Source: Mobula hypostoma
Taxonomy: Eukaryota
DNA length: 64,000 bases
Assembly: GCF_963921235.1 (NCBI RefSeq)
Contig: NC_086108.1
Span: forward strand, 49,230,001-49,294,000
Direction of reading: 5' to 3'
The translations under genes and the position numbers were made by a program. The notes below the pieces were generated by a model. That model did not search any database. It worked only from the letters and a program-made list of their open reading frames with translations, and was not told the DNA's origin. Shown here in pieces: positions 13,783 to 26,702 of the stretch (position 1 is the first letter of the stretch; each line of letters begins with the position of its first letter).

Positions 13783-14238
13783 AAGACCATAAGACATAGG
13801 AACAGAATTAGGCCATTTGGCCCATCGAGCATGCTCCGCCATTTAATCGTGGCTGATCCATTTCCCTCTTAACCCCGTTGTCCTGTCATCTCCCCATAAT
13901 CTTTCACACATTGACTAATCAAGAACCTATCAACCTCTGCCTTAAATACACCCAGTGACCTGGCCTCCACAGCCGCCTGTAGCAATAAATTCCATAGAAT
14001 TACCTCCCTCTGGTAAACGAAATTCCACCTCATCTCTGTTCTAAGTGGTTTCTCTATTTTGAGACTGCCTTCTCGTGCCAGACTCTCCCAGCAAAGGAAA
14101 CATCCTCTTCACATCCACTCTGTCTAGGCCTTTCAACATTTGAGAGGTTTCAAAGAGATGCCCTCTCATTCTTCTAAATTCCAGTGAGTACAGGCCCAGA
14201 GCTTTCAACTGCTGCCAGTATGATAATCCTTTCATTCA
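13783..14238 (-). mobile_element. CR1 LINE 3' end
   Basis: ORF MKGLSYWQQLKALGLYSLEFRRMRG; tail tatgtcttatggtctt. Confidence 0.9.
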
Positions 14239-14684
14239 TTGGCTACTTCGTCCGTAAGCTTTTATGTTATTAAACAAATCATGTCTAACAGACAGTGAAA
14301 AATGTTTCACACTACTATTGGCCATTGTAAATGATGACAGTGATGCAAAGAGCAGCTGTACTGAGTTCCACTAATATCCCTCAGCAGGCTATTCATGTAT
14401 GAGTCACCAGCATAAGGCAAGAAGTTGGGTTGACTGTACCCCATACTTCAGCCTCTTTCAACTAGGTTGGTAGCTGTGGATCTAATCTATGATAGTAAAA
14501 TGTTATCCTGGAGAGCAGGCCTCCTCGATTATGGGGAAACAATATATTTTTATCACAGTTTAACCTCATTGTATAATTGCAGTTTTGGTCTGTAATTTTA
14601 TTTTATGTTTGAACCTTGATTATTTTTATAAATGACTTTGTAGATCAGTCACTCAGCTATTGATTTTGGTAGGTAATGGTTCAT

Positions 14685-15826
14685 CCACTTCTCCTCCATT
14701 TCCCGGACATCCAAGCTCACCCCATCTTCCTGCCGCCTTAACAGGGATAGAGTTCCTCTCATCTTCACCTACCAACCCGTGAACCTCCACATTCAACACA
14801 TCACTTCCACCATCTTCAATGGGACCCTACCACCAAACACAACTTTTACTTACCCCCCCCCACCACTCTCCACTTTCCACAGGGATCACTCCCTCCATGA
14901 TTCCCTTGTCCATTCATTCCTCCCCCACCAATCTCCCCCGTCACTTATCCCTGCAAGCCACAGATGTGCAGCACTTGCCCTTTCACTTCTTCCCTCACTT
15001 CCATTCGGGGCCCTAAACAGTCCTTCCAGGTGAATCAGCACTGCACCTGTGAATTTGTTGGGACTGTCTACTGCAGTTTCAGTCCCCATTCCCATTCTGA
15101 CACCTTGGTTGATGGCCTTCTCTTCTGCCATGAGAGGCCACTCTCAAGTTGAAGAAGCAACATCTTTATATACTTTATACTTTATTGTCGCCAAACAATT
15201 GATACTAGAGTGTACAATCATCACAGCGATATTTGATTCTGCGCTTCGCGCTCCCTGGAGTACAAATTGATAGTAAATATTAAAAATTTAAATTAGAAAT
15301 CATAAATAGAAAATAGAAAAGGGAAAGTAAGGTAGTGCAAAAAAAATCTTGTACTCTTGTCTAGATGGCCTCCAGCCTAATGGCATGAACATCAATTTCT
15401 CCAACTTTTGGTATTTTTCCCCCTTCTCTCTTCATTCCCCCATTCTGGACTCTTGCCTCTTCTCAGCTGCCTATCACCCCCTGGTGCCCCTCCTCCTTCC
15501 CTTCGATGATCTACTCCCCTCTGTATAAGATTCCTTCTCCAGCCCTTTGCGTTCCACTTACTTACCACTGCTTTCTTACTTCATACCCACCCTCCCCCAT
15601 CCACCTGGCTGCCACCACCTAGCACCTTCTACCTTGTCCTCTTTTTTTTCCCTTCCCCCGCCGCCTTATTCTGACATCTTCCCCTTCCTTTCCAATCCTG
15701 ACGAAGGGTTGCGGCCCAAAACGTCGTCTATTTATTCATTTCCATAAATGCTGCCTGACCTGCTAAGATCCCTCAGCATTTTGTGTGTGTTCTGGATTTC
15801 CAGCAGCAACAGGATCTCTTGTGTTT
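14685..15826 (+). mobile_element. 5'-truncated PLE (RT-EN linker, degraded GIY-YIG, terminal repeat)
   Basis: STFHRDHSLHDSLVHS and CSTCPFTSSLTSIRGPKQSFQV motifs; hammerhead-like CTGACGA..cccAAAACGTC at ~15698-15725. Confidence 0.85.
15167..15345 (-). mobile_element. Short LINE 3'-end insertion with (ATAAAGT)n tail
   Basis: Interrupts the PLE; atctt duplicated at 15162-15166 and 15346-15350. Confidence 0.6.
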
Positions 15827-17404
15827 AGATAATGGTCAATATATGTTCCACACATATGGCTGTCATTATTATTATCACACTAAGTTTAAAACTTGAATGA
15901 AATTGGTCAAGGTGTGTGTTTTTGTGACACAATATCCCCCATTGTATGTAATTTGTTACATTACCCTTACTGCCTCGAGATATATAGATATATATATATA
16001 TATATGTAGGGTGGCACCACAAACTGGCTGAGAATTTCAAGATTTAATACATGTATTAATGAGTTGCCTTTTAAAGCCCGGCAATAGTAAGTAAATCATT
16101 GGTTGGTATTATATCATTGCATGTAACTTATACTCGTGTCTGAAGTACAGGTTATTTATATACTAAATTTATGAATATACTGTGATGTTATCTGTCTTTA
16201 GGAATATTAAAATAGTGGCTGTGCCAAATTTGTTTTGGAATTCTTGCATATGGTTTGCACTATTCTTTCTTCAGTTTTTACAGTAGTTACTGTTTTCTCC
16301 TTTAAAAAGGTAGCATGGGGTATTTACAGAGGAGAAGAAGTGTCAAACATCATTACAAAGTTGTGGGGAGGTAAGGTTTGGTTCAAAAATTAACTTAACA
16401 AAGGTATAGAATAAGAGAGGCAACGGGGAGTTCTGGAGGACATTTTGGAGAATAGGATAGAAATGGGGGGGCTGAGAAGAGATTTAAATTAAACTGGGAA
16501 TAAAAAATGTAATGGGTGGGTTCGGATATTGATGTGGATGACTCATTTGTAGTTAACTGATACTTAGGAAAGAAAGCTATTTATTTTAAGTTCCAAATTG
16601 AATTGAGTTATCTATTGAGGCTTGTTTTCACTGTCTCTATTCTCTGCAATCCTGCAACTCAGTTTATTTGCTGTTTTGTATATTAGAACAAATGTCTTTC
16701 TATCACAACCATAATTACAAAATTGCAGTCTTTTTTTTTGTTATATATCTCTTCACTTGGTATTTTATTAAAATCTGCAGTTTTGCTGATTGAGCCTGTT
16801 GATTTCATGTCCAAACCCTGCTCAGTTCTTCAATGCCATTCTACTCTGGGGATCTATTTCAAGTAAATATCATCATTAAATCAGGGTTGAGGTGACAAAT
16901 ATTTACAAATATATGATTCCCTGCTAAGAAACAAATATGCGTTCATTTTTCGTAAATGTGAAGTGTATAGAAGAAAGACTTTGTTCCCAACATTGTTTTT
17001 CTGAATAGTTCACCTGTCTACACGTGTATGGTTGAATAACAATTAAACTTAACTTCTCTGGTTTAGATTAATGTTCATTAATCCCAAACTCTTGTCTCAG
17101 CATTGCGAGTCTTAAAATTGTGATACCTTGCATACCTCTGGTACCTTTGTTACCAGAGCCTTTTGTACGAGTAGAGAAAATGTTAAATCTGAAATTACTA
17201 CACAAAATGTACAGAGACAGGCCGTAACTGTGGGGAAGGAAAGAAATAAGATTTAGCAGTTGAGAACTGGTGCAAGGTCATTGATCTGAAAAGTTAACTC
17301 TGATTTTAATCTCTGAAAAAGAGACTGGTTTTGAATAAGTTAACCAAACTTGAGATAAATAAATCATTAGACTGCACATTTTCATGTTGTTTTTCTATCC
17401 GTTC

Positions 17405-17485
17405 AGGATGCGGCCCTGTGGACTGAATTTCTTAGTGCTGTTGTGGGGGACCAGAACATCAACACAGCAAGTGCAGCTGTTGGAT

Positions 17486-17537
<52 letters not shown>

Positions 17538-17968
17538 ATCCCCCTCTCCCCCCTCCTCCCCCCTCTCCCTCCTCCCCCCCCGTCTGTCTGTGTCTTTGTG
17601 TCTCGCTGCCCAGCTGTCTCTGTCTCTCTTGTTAGTGAGAGGGAGCCTGAGGAATGTTGACTGTTGGAGTGAACAGTTAGTTTTTGATGTACTGTGGACC
17701 ATGGTCTGTCTCTCTCTCTCTGGGGGTTTTGCTGTTGCTTACATGGTGGGTGATGAGAATGCTGATGCTTTATGCTAGAGTAAGTGTGGGGGAGGGGAGG
17801 GTTGTTGCTGCTTGTGTGTGGGATGGGGCAGGTGGCTTTGGGGTTCTTAGATTTTTTTCTGTCATTCATTCTTGGGTTTTTTTCTGTTTTGCGGATGTTA
17901 GTGGAGAGTAAGAATTTCAGGTTACATGTTGCATACATTCTCTGGTATTAAATGGAACAATTGAACCA
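17405..17968 (+). mobile_element. Non-coding retroposon-like repeat (3' end related to 33780-34440)
   Basis: GT-rich body; ending gaatttcaggttacatgttgcatacatt..attaaa..ttgaacc resembles 34380-34440. Confidence 0.45.
17491..17535. repeat. (CA)n microsatellite
   Basis: Read directly. Confidence 0.95.
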
Positions 17969-18054
17969 CCATACAAAAATGTGCAAATTCTATGGTGGAC
18001 CAGGGAAGTGTGGAAATCTGCAGAAAGAATTGGAAAAAGTCTTGTGAATGAGGC

Positions 18055-18522
18055 CATAAGAGAGGAACAGAATTAGGTCCTTCGGCCCATCTGCTCTGCC
18101 CTGCCATTCAATCATGGCTGATTTATTATCCCTCTCAACCCCATTCTCTTGTCTTCTCCTCACAACATTTGATGCTGTTATTAATCAAGAACTATTCAAC
18201 CTCAGCTTTAAATATACCCAGCGACTTGGCTCCCATAGCCATCTATGGCAGTGAACTCCATAGATTCACGAACCTCTGGCTAAACAAATTCCTCGTCTCT
18301 GCAACACTCTCCAGATGCTGGAGGAACTCAGCAGGCCAGATAGCATCTGTGGAAAAGAGTCTAGTCTCTGTTTCTGGCCGAGATATCCCCTCTGTTCTAA
18401 AGGGATATCCTTGTATTCTGAGACTGTGCCCTCTGGTCCTGAACTCCTTCTCTATAGGAAACATCCTCTCAGCAACACTCTATGAAGGCCTTTCAGTATT
18501 CAATCAGTTTCAGTGAGATCCC
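18055..18522 (-). mobile_element. CR1 3' end containing a ~85 bp PLE-end insertion (18301-18385)
   Basis: ORF 18243-18464: RTRGHSLRI..PFRTE [insert] RNLFSQRFVNLWSSLP. Confidence 0.8.
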
Positions 18523-18609
18523 TGAATAGTCGAACAATTGAGAGGAAAATATTTGACTCCCAAGGAATGCAGTGTTAACTTAATTGAGGAACAGAACATG
18601 GATATTCAA

Positions 18610-18874
18610 GCAACACACATCAAAGTTGCTGGTGAACGCAGCAGGCCAGGCAGCATCTCTAGGAAGAGTTACAGTCGACGTTTCGGGCCGAGACCCTTCG
18701 TCAGGGCAAGATTTCTCTTACTAGCTCTTCCTTCAGTTAGGCCTGTCGAAGGGTCTCGGCCCGAAACGTCGACTGTACGTCTTCCTAGAGATGCTGCCTG
18801 GCCTGCTGCGTTCACCAGCAACTTTGATGTGTGTTGCTTGAATTTCCAGCATCTGCAGAATTCCTCGTGTTTAC
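18610..18874. mobile_element. Mini inverted-repeat PLE insertion
   Basis: Arm 18605-18705 is the reverse complement of 18742-18843; atattcaa at 18602-18609 and 18875-18882. Confidence 0.85.
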
Positions 18875-19100
18875 ATATTCAAAGAACTCTTATTTGAGAA
18901 CATTTTAATTCCACATCCCATTCCCATTCTGATATGTCTATCCACAGCCTCCTCTACTGTCAAGATGAAGCCACACTCAGGTTGGAGGAACAACACCTTA
19001 TATTCCGTCTGGGTAGCCTCCAACCTGATGGCATGAACATTGACTTCTCTAACTTCCGTTAATGCCTCTCGTACCCTATCCGTTATTTATTTATTTTATA

Positions 19101-19145
<45 letters not shown>

Positions 19146-19351
19146 TCTCCTTTTTCTCCCTCTGTCCCTCTCACTATACTCCTTGTCCATCCTCTGGGCT
19201 TCACCCCTTCCCCATTTCTTTCTCCCTAGGCCTCCCATCCCATGATCCTCTCATCTCCCTTTTGCCAATCAACTGTCCAGTGCTTGACTCCATCCCTCCC
19301 CCTCCTGTCTTCTCCTATCATTTTGGATCTCCCCCTCCCCCTCCCACTTTC

Positions 19352-19958
19352 TTTTTCTTTTTAAATCTTTTTATTGATAAGTATACAAAAAGGTAAGCCA
19401 TATAGGCACTAATACACTGTTAGAATATAATAAAATTACAGAAGATATTAATACAAAAAAAATACTACAATGTAATTTAAACATAACGTACCAAGGTAAC
19501 ATAATAGTATACTAATTTTTATATATATATCAATAGAGAAAAGGAAAAAAAAACCCCAAAAAAACCCACCGTGCAACTAACTAAAAGCAAAGCAAAGCAA
19601 TGGGCTAACTTGAAACCAAACAGAGTTAAAAAACTTAAAATCACGTCCTCAATCCCGACCTCCATTAAAAACAGTAAAAAAAAACAAGAAGGGTATATAT
19701 TACATTAAATGAAAATATTGAATAAAAGATCTCCAGGTCTGTTCAAATTTAAATGAGGAGTCATAAAGATTGCTTCTAATTTTCTCCAAATTCAAGCATA
19801 ATATCGTCTGAGAGAACCAAAAAAAGGTAGATGGAGCATTGAGCTCTTTCCAGTGTTGTAAGATACATCTTTTCGCCACTAAAGTAAGAAATGCAATCAT
19901 TCTACGGGCTGAAGGGGAAAGATTACTGGAAATTTTAGGTAGTCCAAAGATAGCAGTA
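19352..19958 (-). mobile_element. 5'-truncated L1-clade LINE
   Basis: ORF2 C-terminus (AKRCILQHWK..P..W..LEKIR..FEQTW), polyA tail, TSD cccactttc at 19343-19351 and 19959-19967, TTTC/AAA target. Confidence 0.9.
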
Positions 19959-19995
19959 CCCACTTTCAAATCTCTTACTAGCTCTTCTTTCAGTT

Positions 19996-20031
19996 AGTCC
20001 TGACGAAGGGTCTCGGCCTGAAACGTCGACT
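19996..20031 (+). ncRNA. Minimal type-I hammerhead ribozyme motif
   Basis: AGTC-CTGACGA-AGG(GTCTCGG)CCT-GAAA-CG-TC^-GACT: stem I, core, stem II, palindromic ACGT in place of stem III. Confidence 0.8.
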
Positions 20032-20882
20032 GTACCTCTTCCTAGAGATGCTGCCTGGCCTGCTGCGTTCACCTGCAACTTTGATGTGCGTTGCTTGAAA
20101 TTCCAGCATCTGCAGATTTCCTTGTGTTTGAGAAATTCATTTGGTTTAAGTGATGAAAGAGTGAATGTGGATTTGCAAAGGATACAAAATTTTTATGCCA
20201 AATTAGCATCTATATTAGAGAGAGACTACTGACAGTAGGTGAGAAGTATCCTTGGATCTTTTTTCAAACTCAAATTACAGAGATAAAAGTACAAGCATTC
20301 ACATTATGCATCGTACCGCAACTGTCAAGAAATGAATTCCATAGTTGGAGTTGCTTGTTTTTGAACGTAGGTCAAGATTCTCATGAAGTTCTGTTTACAG
20401 TGTTCATCTGACTTCTATTTCTTTTCTCCAATGAACTACATATTGTCTGTCCGGTTCTGACCCATTTTGGCCATTTTTGTCCTGTCACAGCTGGACATTT
20501 GGCTTCCACGTCACACATTATGTAACAATCTAGTCATTGTTCTTGAGCCAAGTGGATAGAGAGGGACATGCAGTTGAATGCTTCTGACTGTTCAGACAGG
20601 AATTTCATTCACCACATGGGTTGCATGATCAAATCTCATCACTTGGCTGAGACTGTGGCTTTGAGTATCTCGTAGTTATCTCTTGTTGCAAAAGTAACAG
20701 CCTGTTCTTTACCTGCTTTTGAGGTCTTGAATGCCATTGGAGATGTCTGAGAGTGCTCCCGTTGTTCCTTATCTCACTTTAAGCAGATAGCCATTTTTCA
20801 AAGAATTAGGCCTTTGAGTCTGTTAGTAAAGTGAGTTAACCTCCCAATTTATGGCTGCTGTTTAGTAAAACAAATCCGAGTG

Positions 20883-20974
20883 CTGAAGGGTCTCGGCCCG
20901 AAACGTCGACTGTACCTCTTCCTGGAGATGCTGCCTGGCCTGCTGCGTTCACCTGCAATTTTTATGTGTGTTGC
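20883..20974 (+). mobile_element. Very short PLE terminal fragment
   Basis: Near-identical to 20005-20095; truncated within the hammerhead core. Confidence 0.85.
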
Positions 20975-22456
20975 TATATTGCAATACTGTCCACTAATTT
21001 ATGCCAGATTAGTTCATCATGATCAGTTAATCCCAATTAATTTGTTACTATCTTCTTGATTATCTTCCCAACATTTGTGGAGAACTACACATTTATCACA
21101 CCATCTTCAAGTGGAAATCCTACCATGTGGAAAACTACCCTCTGCTACCTTTTCCCCAGTAAGTGGCTGAAGAATGCTGTGGGCAACAGTATATACTCTC
21201 AAGTGTCTGAAATTGAAACACTTTTGCTTTCCCAATTCTGAAATTATTGATTGCTTTTGATCCTCTGACTGTCACCGAGTAGAGTTTTGTAAGCTCTGGG
21301 AGGAAACTTTGAAGTTGCTGTTGTGAGAAAATTTGGCAACATGGAATAGACAGAAAGTTAAATTAGTGCATATACATGGGTAGGAAAGGTTCTTAAAGTT
21401 GTGCTGAAATAGAATTAGGTGTTTAAATGCAATCTGCTGAAAACACAAGTGTATTTGTTCAGCTGGTTGCCTTCAGCCCCAGGGCAGATTGTGGCAAGTC
21501 CTGCATGAGATTCTTGAGCTGCTTTATAATTGGAAATAGTAGCTGAGGTAGTTTCCCATTACAATCATCCAGGTTATTTTCAGAATACCAAGAGGCTAGC
21601 CAATGATTAAAAAACACCAAGCCCTCTTTATTTTCTTTTTGATATTATGAATTCTACCTTTTTGTTTTACATCACTGCTGTGAAGCCACATTTTTGTTTT
21701 TGATACGTTCAGGATCCTCTGAGGAGAATATGGCTACTGCTGCTGCCTACTCCTTTGATTTTGGGACCAACACACTAACTCTTGGTCAGAATTAAGAAAA
21801 CAGTGGGCCATCTTCCTGAAAAATAAATATATTTGGCTAATGCCAACACACAAACAAGTAAGATTTGGACTTCTGTAAACTTAATCAGGAAAGCAATCAT
21901 CACATAGAATTCTATATTAAAGAACTGAGTTACAGATCAGCTTTGAAGGGGTAAAATGAGACTGGTGAAGTTAGTTGTAGATTGAAGTAATAAAGATTTA
22001 TTATTCAAAGACATTCATCTGTGCTTTAATCTGTAATGATTTGCAGAAGATTATTGAAATACACACAATCTGAAATGATGAATGGAAAATCAATAAAAAT
22101 GATTAGAGCAATGTGCAGAAATCCACCCTATACTTGCCACACCACTCTCAAGTTCCAAAATTCTGAAAGCAAAGTACTGTCATATTTCATATGATTGGTT
22201 GGAAAAGATTAGCTTGAACTTTACTTTTAACTCTGGGGAATACATTGATATCTTATTTTGGCACAGTTGCATGAATGAGCTTCGGCTGTCAGGATTACTT
22301 TTAATATACGCGAGTTTAATGTAGCCCCTGTTTGAATACATTGATGAATAATTGTTGCAGTAGTAACGAGAAATTACTGTCTTAAGGATGGAATTTTATT
22401 GGTATCTTCAGACTGACCTGTTTTCCTGAAATATTTTATATCGTTTCAAATTATCG

Positions 22457-23115
22457 TGCAAGATTCCCTAAAGGTTAACCTGCAGTGGTAAGGAAGGCAA
22501 ATGCAATGCTGGCATTCGTTTCAAGAGGACTAGAATATAAAAGCAAGGATGTAATGCTGAGGCATTTGTCAGACTGCACTTAGAGTATCGTGAGCAGTTT
22601 TGGGCCCCTTATCTAAGAAAAGATGTGCTGGCATTGGAGAGGGTCCAGACAAGGTCATGAGAATGATCCCGAGAATGAAAGGGTTAACAAATGAGCATTT
22701 GATACACTGGGCCTGTACTTGCTAGAGTTTAGAAGAACAAGGGAGATCTCATTGAAACCTATCAAATATTGAAATGCCTAGATAGAGTGGACATGGAAAG
22801 GATGTTTCCTGTAGTGGGGGAGTCTAGAACCAGAAGACAGTCTTAGAGAAGAAGGACGTCCCTTCGGACCAGGGATGAGAAATTGTTTTTGTGGGAGGAG
22901 AACAAATGTGCAGAATTCATTGCCACAGATGGCCTTGGAAGCCAAGTCAGTGGGTGTATTTAAAGTGGATGTTGATAGGTTCTTGGTTAGTCAAAGGTAA
23001 TGTGGAGAATGCAGGGGAATGGGGTTGAGAGGGAGAATAAATCAGCCATGATGGAATGGCGAAGCAGACTTGGGCTGAATGACGTAATTCTGTTCCTGTG
23101 TCAACTGATCTTATG
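22457..23115 (+). mobile_element. CR1 LINE 3' part
   Basis: KANAMLAF.SRGLEYKSKDVMLR-encoding DNA through to the 3' UTR. Confidence 0.9.
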
Positions 23116-23644
23116 AAATCCTATTGAGGGCATGATATGATGTATTCCATCATTGCAGAGCATAGCATTCCTAGAATACTCTTCGTATTTTCATTTTCCA
23201 TAAAGTAAATATGTATTCCCTCATTGAATTCCATATTAACAGAGGAGATGCGTTCCGTTGGGAAGTTTTTCTCTCTGCAGTAGTACTCCTGTGGGTGTGC
23301 AGCTTTTAGGCAAGGAAATTCTGATTATATTATAGACAAGAGAGAAAAGGTTGCTGCTTTGCTTAAACAAGATATGTGTATATTATATAGCTTGATAAGT
23401 TATTGTTGCACTAATATCAATAGAAGACATTGCTGTGACAGTTTTCAAAGCAAAGGCTTCGTGCTGTGAACTGGCATTGCTCGTTGGTAAACTAGTTCAA
23501 ATCTTTACATTTTGTGTTTCTTGTCTTTCAAAAAAAATTCTATTAGAGCAAATTTTAGTTTGTATCTCAACTTTTTTGGTAGTGCTTTTTGAATTTCAAT
23601 ACCCAAATCGCTATAAGATGGGGAGACACTGCATTGTGTTATGA

Positions 23645-24766
23645 TCAAGAGAAAATCTGCAGGTGCTGGAAATCTACGCAACACACACAACATGTGGGAG
23701 GAACTCAAAAGGCCAGTTAGTGTCTATGGAAATGAGTACAGTCGACATTTTGGGCCAAAACCCCTCAACAGGACTGGAGGGAAAAAAAAGAAGAAGAGTA
23801 GAGTTAAAAGGTGTGGGAAGGGAGGGGAAGCACATGGTGACAGGTGAAACTGGGAGGGGGAGGGGTGAAGTAAAGAGCTGGGAAGTTGATTGGTGAAAGA
23901 GATGCAGAACTGGAGAAGAGGAGTCTGGAGAGGACAGAAGACCATGGAAGAAAGAAAAGGAGAGGAGCACCAGAAGGGGGGGATGGGCAGGCAAGGAGAT
24001 AAGGTGATGGGGAATGATGAAGGGGGATGGAGGCATCACCGGAAGTTCACGAAATTAGTCTTCATGCCATTAGGTTGGAGGTTACCCGGACAGAATATAA
24101 GGTGTTGTTCCTCCAACCTGAGTGTGGCCTCATCATAACAGCAGAGGAGGCCATGGGTAGACACATGGGAATGGGAAGTGGAATTAAAATGGATGGCCAG
24201 TGGGAGATCTTTTTCTGGCGGATGGAGTGTAGGGGCTTGGTGAAGCGATCTCCCAGTTTACGTTGGGCCTCACCGATATACGGGAGGGCACACCGGGAGC
24301 ACTGGGCACAGTACGTGACCCCAACAGAGTCCCAGGTGAAGTGTTGCCTCACTTGGAAAGACTGTTTGTGACCCTGAATGGATAAGTACCAGAAGGGGCT
24401 CTTCCCCACCCCCCCCCAACTTACTGCTTTCCGCAGGAATCACTCCCTACCCGACTCCCTTGTCCATTTGTCTCTCCTCGCTGATAATCACGTACCATCC
24501 CACCAGCCTCTACGCCCAGCACATAATTCTCCACAACTATCGGCATCTCCAATGGGATCCCACCACCAAGCATATCTTTCCCTCCCCTCCACTTTCTGCT
24601 TTCCACAGTTATTGCTCCCTGCGCGACTCCCTTGTCCATTCGTCCCTCCCCACTGATCTCCCTCCTGGCACTTACCCTTGCAAGTGGAACAAGTGCTACA
24701 CCTGCCCTAACACCTCCTCCCTCACTACCATTCAGGGCCTCAAACAGTCTTCCAGGTGAGGCAACA
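23645..24766. mobile_element. PLE with inverted 5' segment; GIY-YIG endonuclease remnant
   Basis: Minus ORF 24062-24409 GVTYCAQCSRCALPYIGEAQRKLGDRF (GIY-YIG); plus ORF 24460-24759 TYHPTS..LQWDPTTKHIFPSPPLSAF..GTYPCKWNKCYTCP. Confidence 0.9.
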
Positions 24767-25177
24767 ATTTTTGTCTCCTCTTCCATGGTGTCAGTTTATC
24801 CAAGCTGCTTCCTTTTTGAGTGCGTTAGTAAAAATCAGCACAGTAAGTAGTCCTGCCAGCATAGTAGTTTTCAGGTCTTGCTCTTTTGAAGATTTGTATA
24901 CATGGTTGTAATTGTGACTTTGATATAATACCACACATCCTTTTTTCTGAAACTGAATTACATGCACAATTGGGTGCAGCTGGCGTGACATAAAATCTGT
25001 TTAAATAATAGTGATTTTTGTTCTTGGTTGTAACTGAGAAGGTGTAGGGAGTTTGCTTATGAACCTGACATGGGAAAAGGCCATTTCCCTTCCACTACCT
25101 CCCACCCCCAGAATCTTGCAACATTTCTTTCTCCTACCTTTTAACTCCTCTTTGATTATCTAACTATATATGTGTGG

Positions 25178-25362
25178 GGTAACTTTTAAACTAGACAATT
25201 AACATCCCAGTGTAACTTTGTTACGTGAGATGAAAATCAATCAGCTGGCAGAGGTCCATGCAGTGACGGAGAATATGAAAATTCCACACAGAGAGCACCC
25301 GAGGCCAGGATTGAACGTAGGTCCTGAGAATTCTAAGGCAACAGCATTTACTGTTCACCACC
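25178..25362 (-). mobile_element. tRNA-derived V-SINE (HE1-like), degenerate
   Basis: Minus-strand B-box-like GTTCAATCC followed by V-domain-like gctctctgtgtggaatttcatattctccgt. Confidence 0.6.
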
Positions 25363-25594
25363 CCCGCATCCACCCCCAAACACTCCGATCAATTGAAAAT
25401 AAAACTCATTGTCTGAAAGCTCTTGCATTTCTAGCTCCCTCGTTTGATGTGCATTGTTCAAGCAGCACCATACCTACAGAAATTATATGCATGTCTCATT
25501 GCACTGACTGACACACTATGGAGATTTGTTATAAAATAGAAAATGCAGGAAATGCTCATTTTTGGGCAGCACCGGTATTGTGAGAGTTATGCTG

Positions 25595-26702
25595 ACCATA
25601 AGACCAGGAGCAGAATTAGGCTGTTTGGCTGATCGACACTAATCCGCCATTTAATTATGACTGATCCTTTTTTCTCCCTCTTCAGCCCCACTCCCCGTAA
25701 TAACATTTGATAGGTTCTTTATTGGCCATAACATTAATCTCCACCTTAAATACACCCAATGACCTGGCCTCCACAGTTGCCTGTGGTAACAAATTCCACA
25801 AATTCACCACCCTCTGGTGAAAGAAATTTCTCTGCAACTCTGTTTTAAATGGATACCCCTCTATCCTGAGGTCCTCTTGTCCTAGCCTCCCCCACCATGG
25901 GAAACGTCCTTTCCACATCTACTCTGTTTAGGCCTTTCAACATTCAAAAGGTGTCAATGAGATCTCCCCCCCCCCCCATCCTTCTAAAGTCCAGTGAGTA
26001 TAGGCCCAGAACCATCAAATGTTCCTCATGTGATAACCATTTCATTCCCAAATCATCCATATGAACCTCCTCTGGACTCTCTCCAAAGCCAGCACATTTT
26101 TTCTTGGATGAGGAGCCCAAAACGGTTCACAATACTTAAGGTGAGGCCTCACCAGTGCCTTATAAAGCCTCAGCGTTACATCCCTGCTCTTGTATTCAAG
26201 ACCTCTTGAAATGAATGCTAATATGACATTTGCCTTCCTCACCACTGACTCTACCTGCAAATTAACCTTTAGGGTGTTCTGCACAAGGACACCCAAGTCC
26301 CCTTGCATCTCAGATTTTTGGATTTTCTCCCCATTTGGAAAATAGTCTGCACATTTATTTCTTTTACCAAAGTGCATGACCATGCATTTTCCAACATGGT
26401 ATTTTATTTGCCACTTTCTTGCCCATTATCTAAACTGTCTCAAGTCCTTCCGTAGCCTTCCTGTTTCCTCAACATGACGTGTGTCTCCATCAATCTTTGT
26501 ATCGCCTACAAACTTAGCAACAAAGCTATCATCTAAACTATTGATATACAGCATAAAAAGAAATGGTCCCAACACCAACCCCTTCGGAAAACCATTAGTC
26601 ACTGGCAGCCAACCATACAAGGATCCTTTTATTTCCACTTTCTGCCTCCTATCAGTCAACCAATGCTCTTAACCATGTTAGTAACTTTCCTGTAATACCG
26701 TG
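25595..26702 (-). mobile_element. CR1 LINE (RT C-terminus + 3' UTR)
   Basis: ORFs 26426-26659 (PVTNGFPKGLVLGPFLF..KFVGDTK) and 26042-26383. Confidence 0.92.

Larger units (their letters stand above)
18901..20129 (+). mobile_element. 5'-truncated PLE interrupted by L1
   Basis: GIY-YIG C-terminal DNA (RLEEQHLIFRLGSLQPDGMNIDF) plus terminal repeat; tttgagaa at 18893-18900 and 20127-20134. Confidence 0.9.

Noticed and set aside
17384..17938. His-Thr / Cys-Val repeat ORFs
   Set aside because: Translation of a (CA)n microsatellite.
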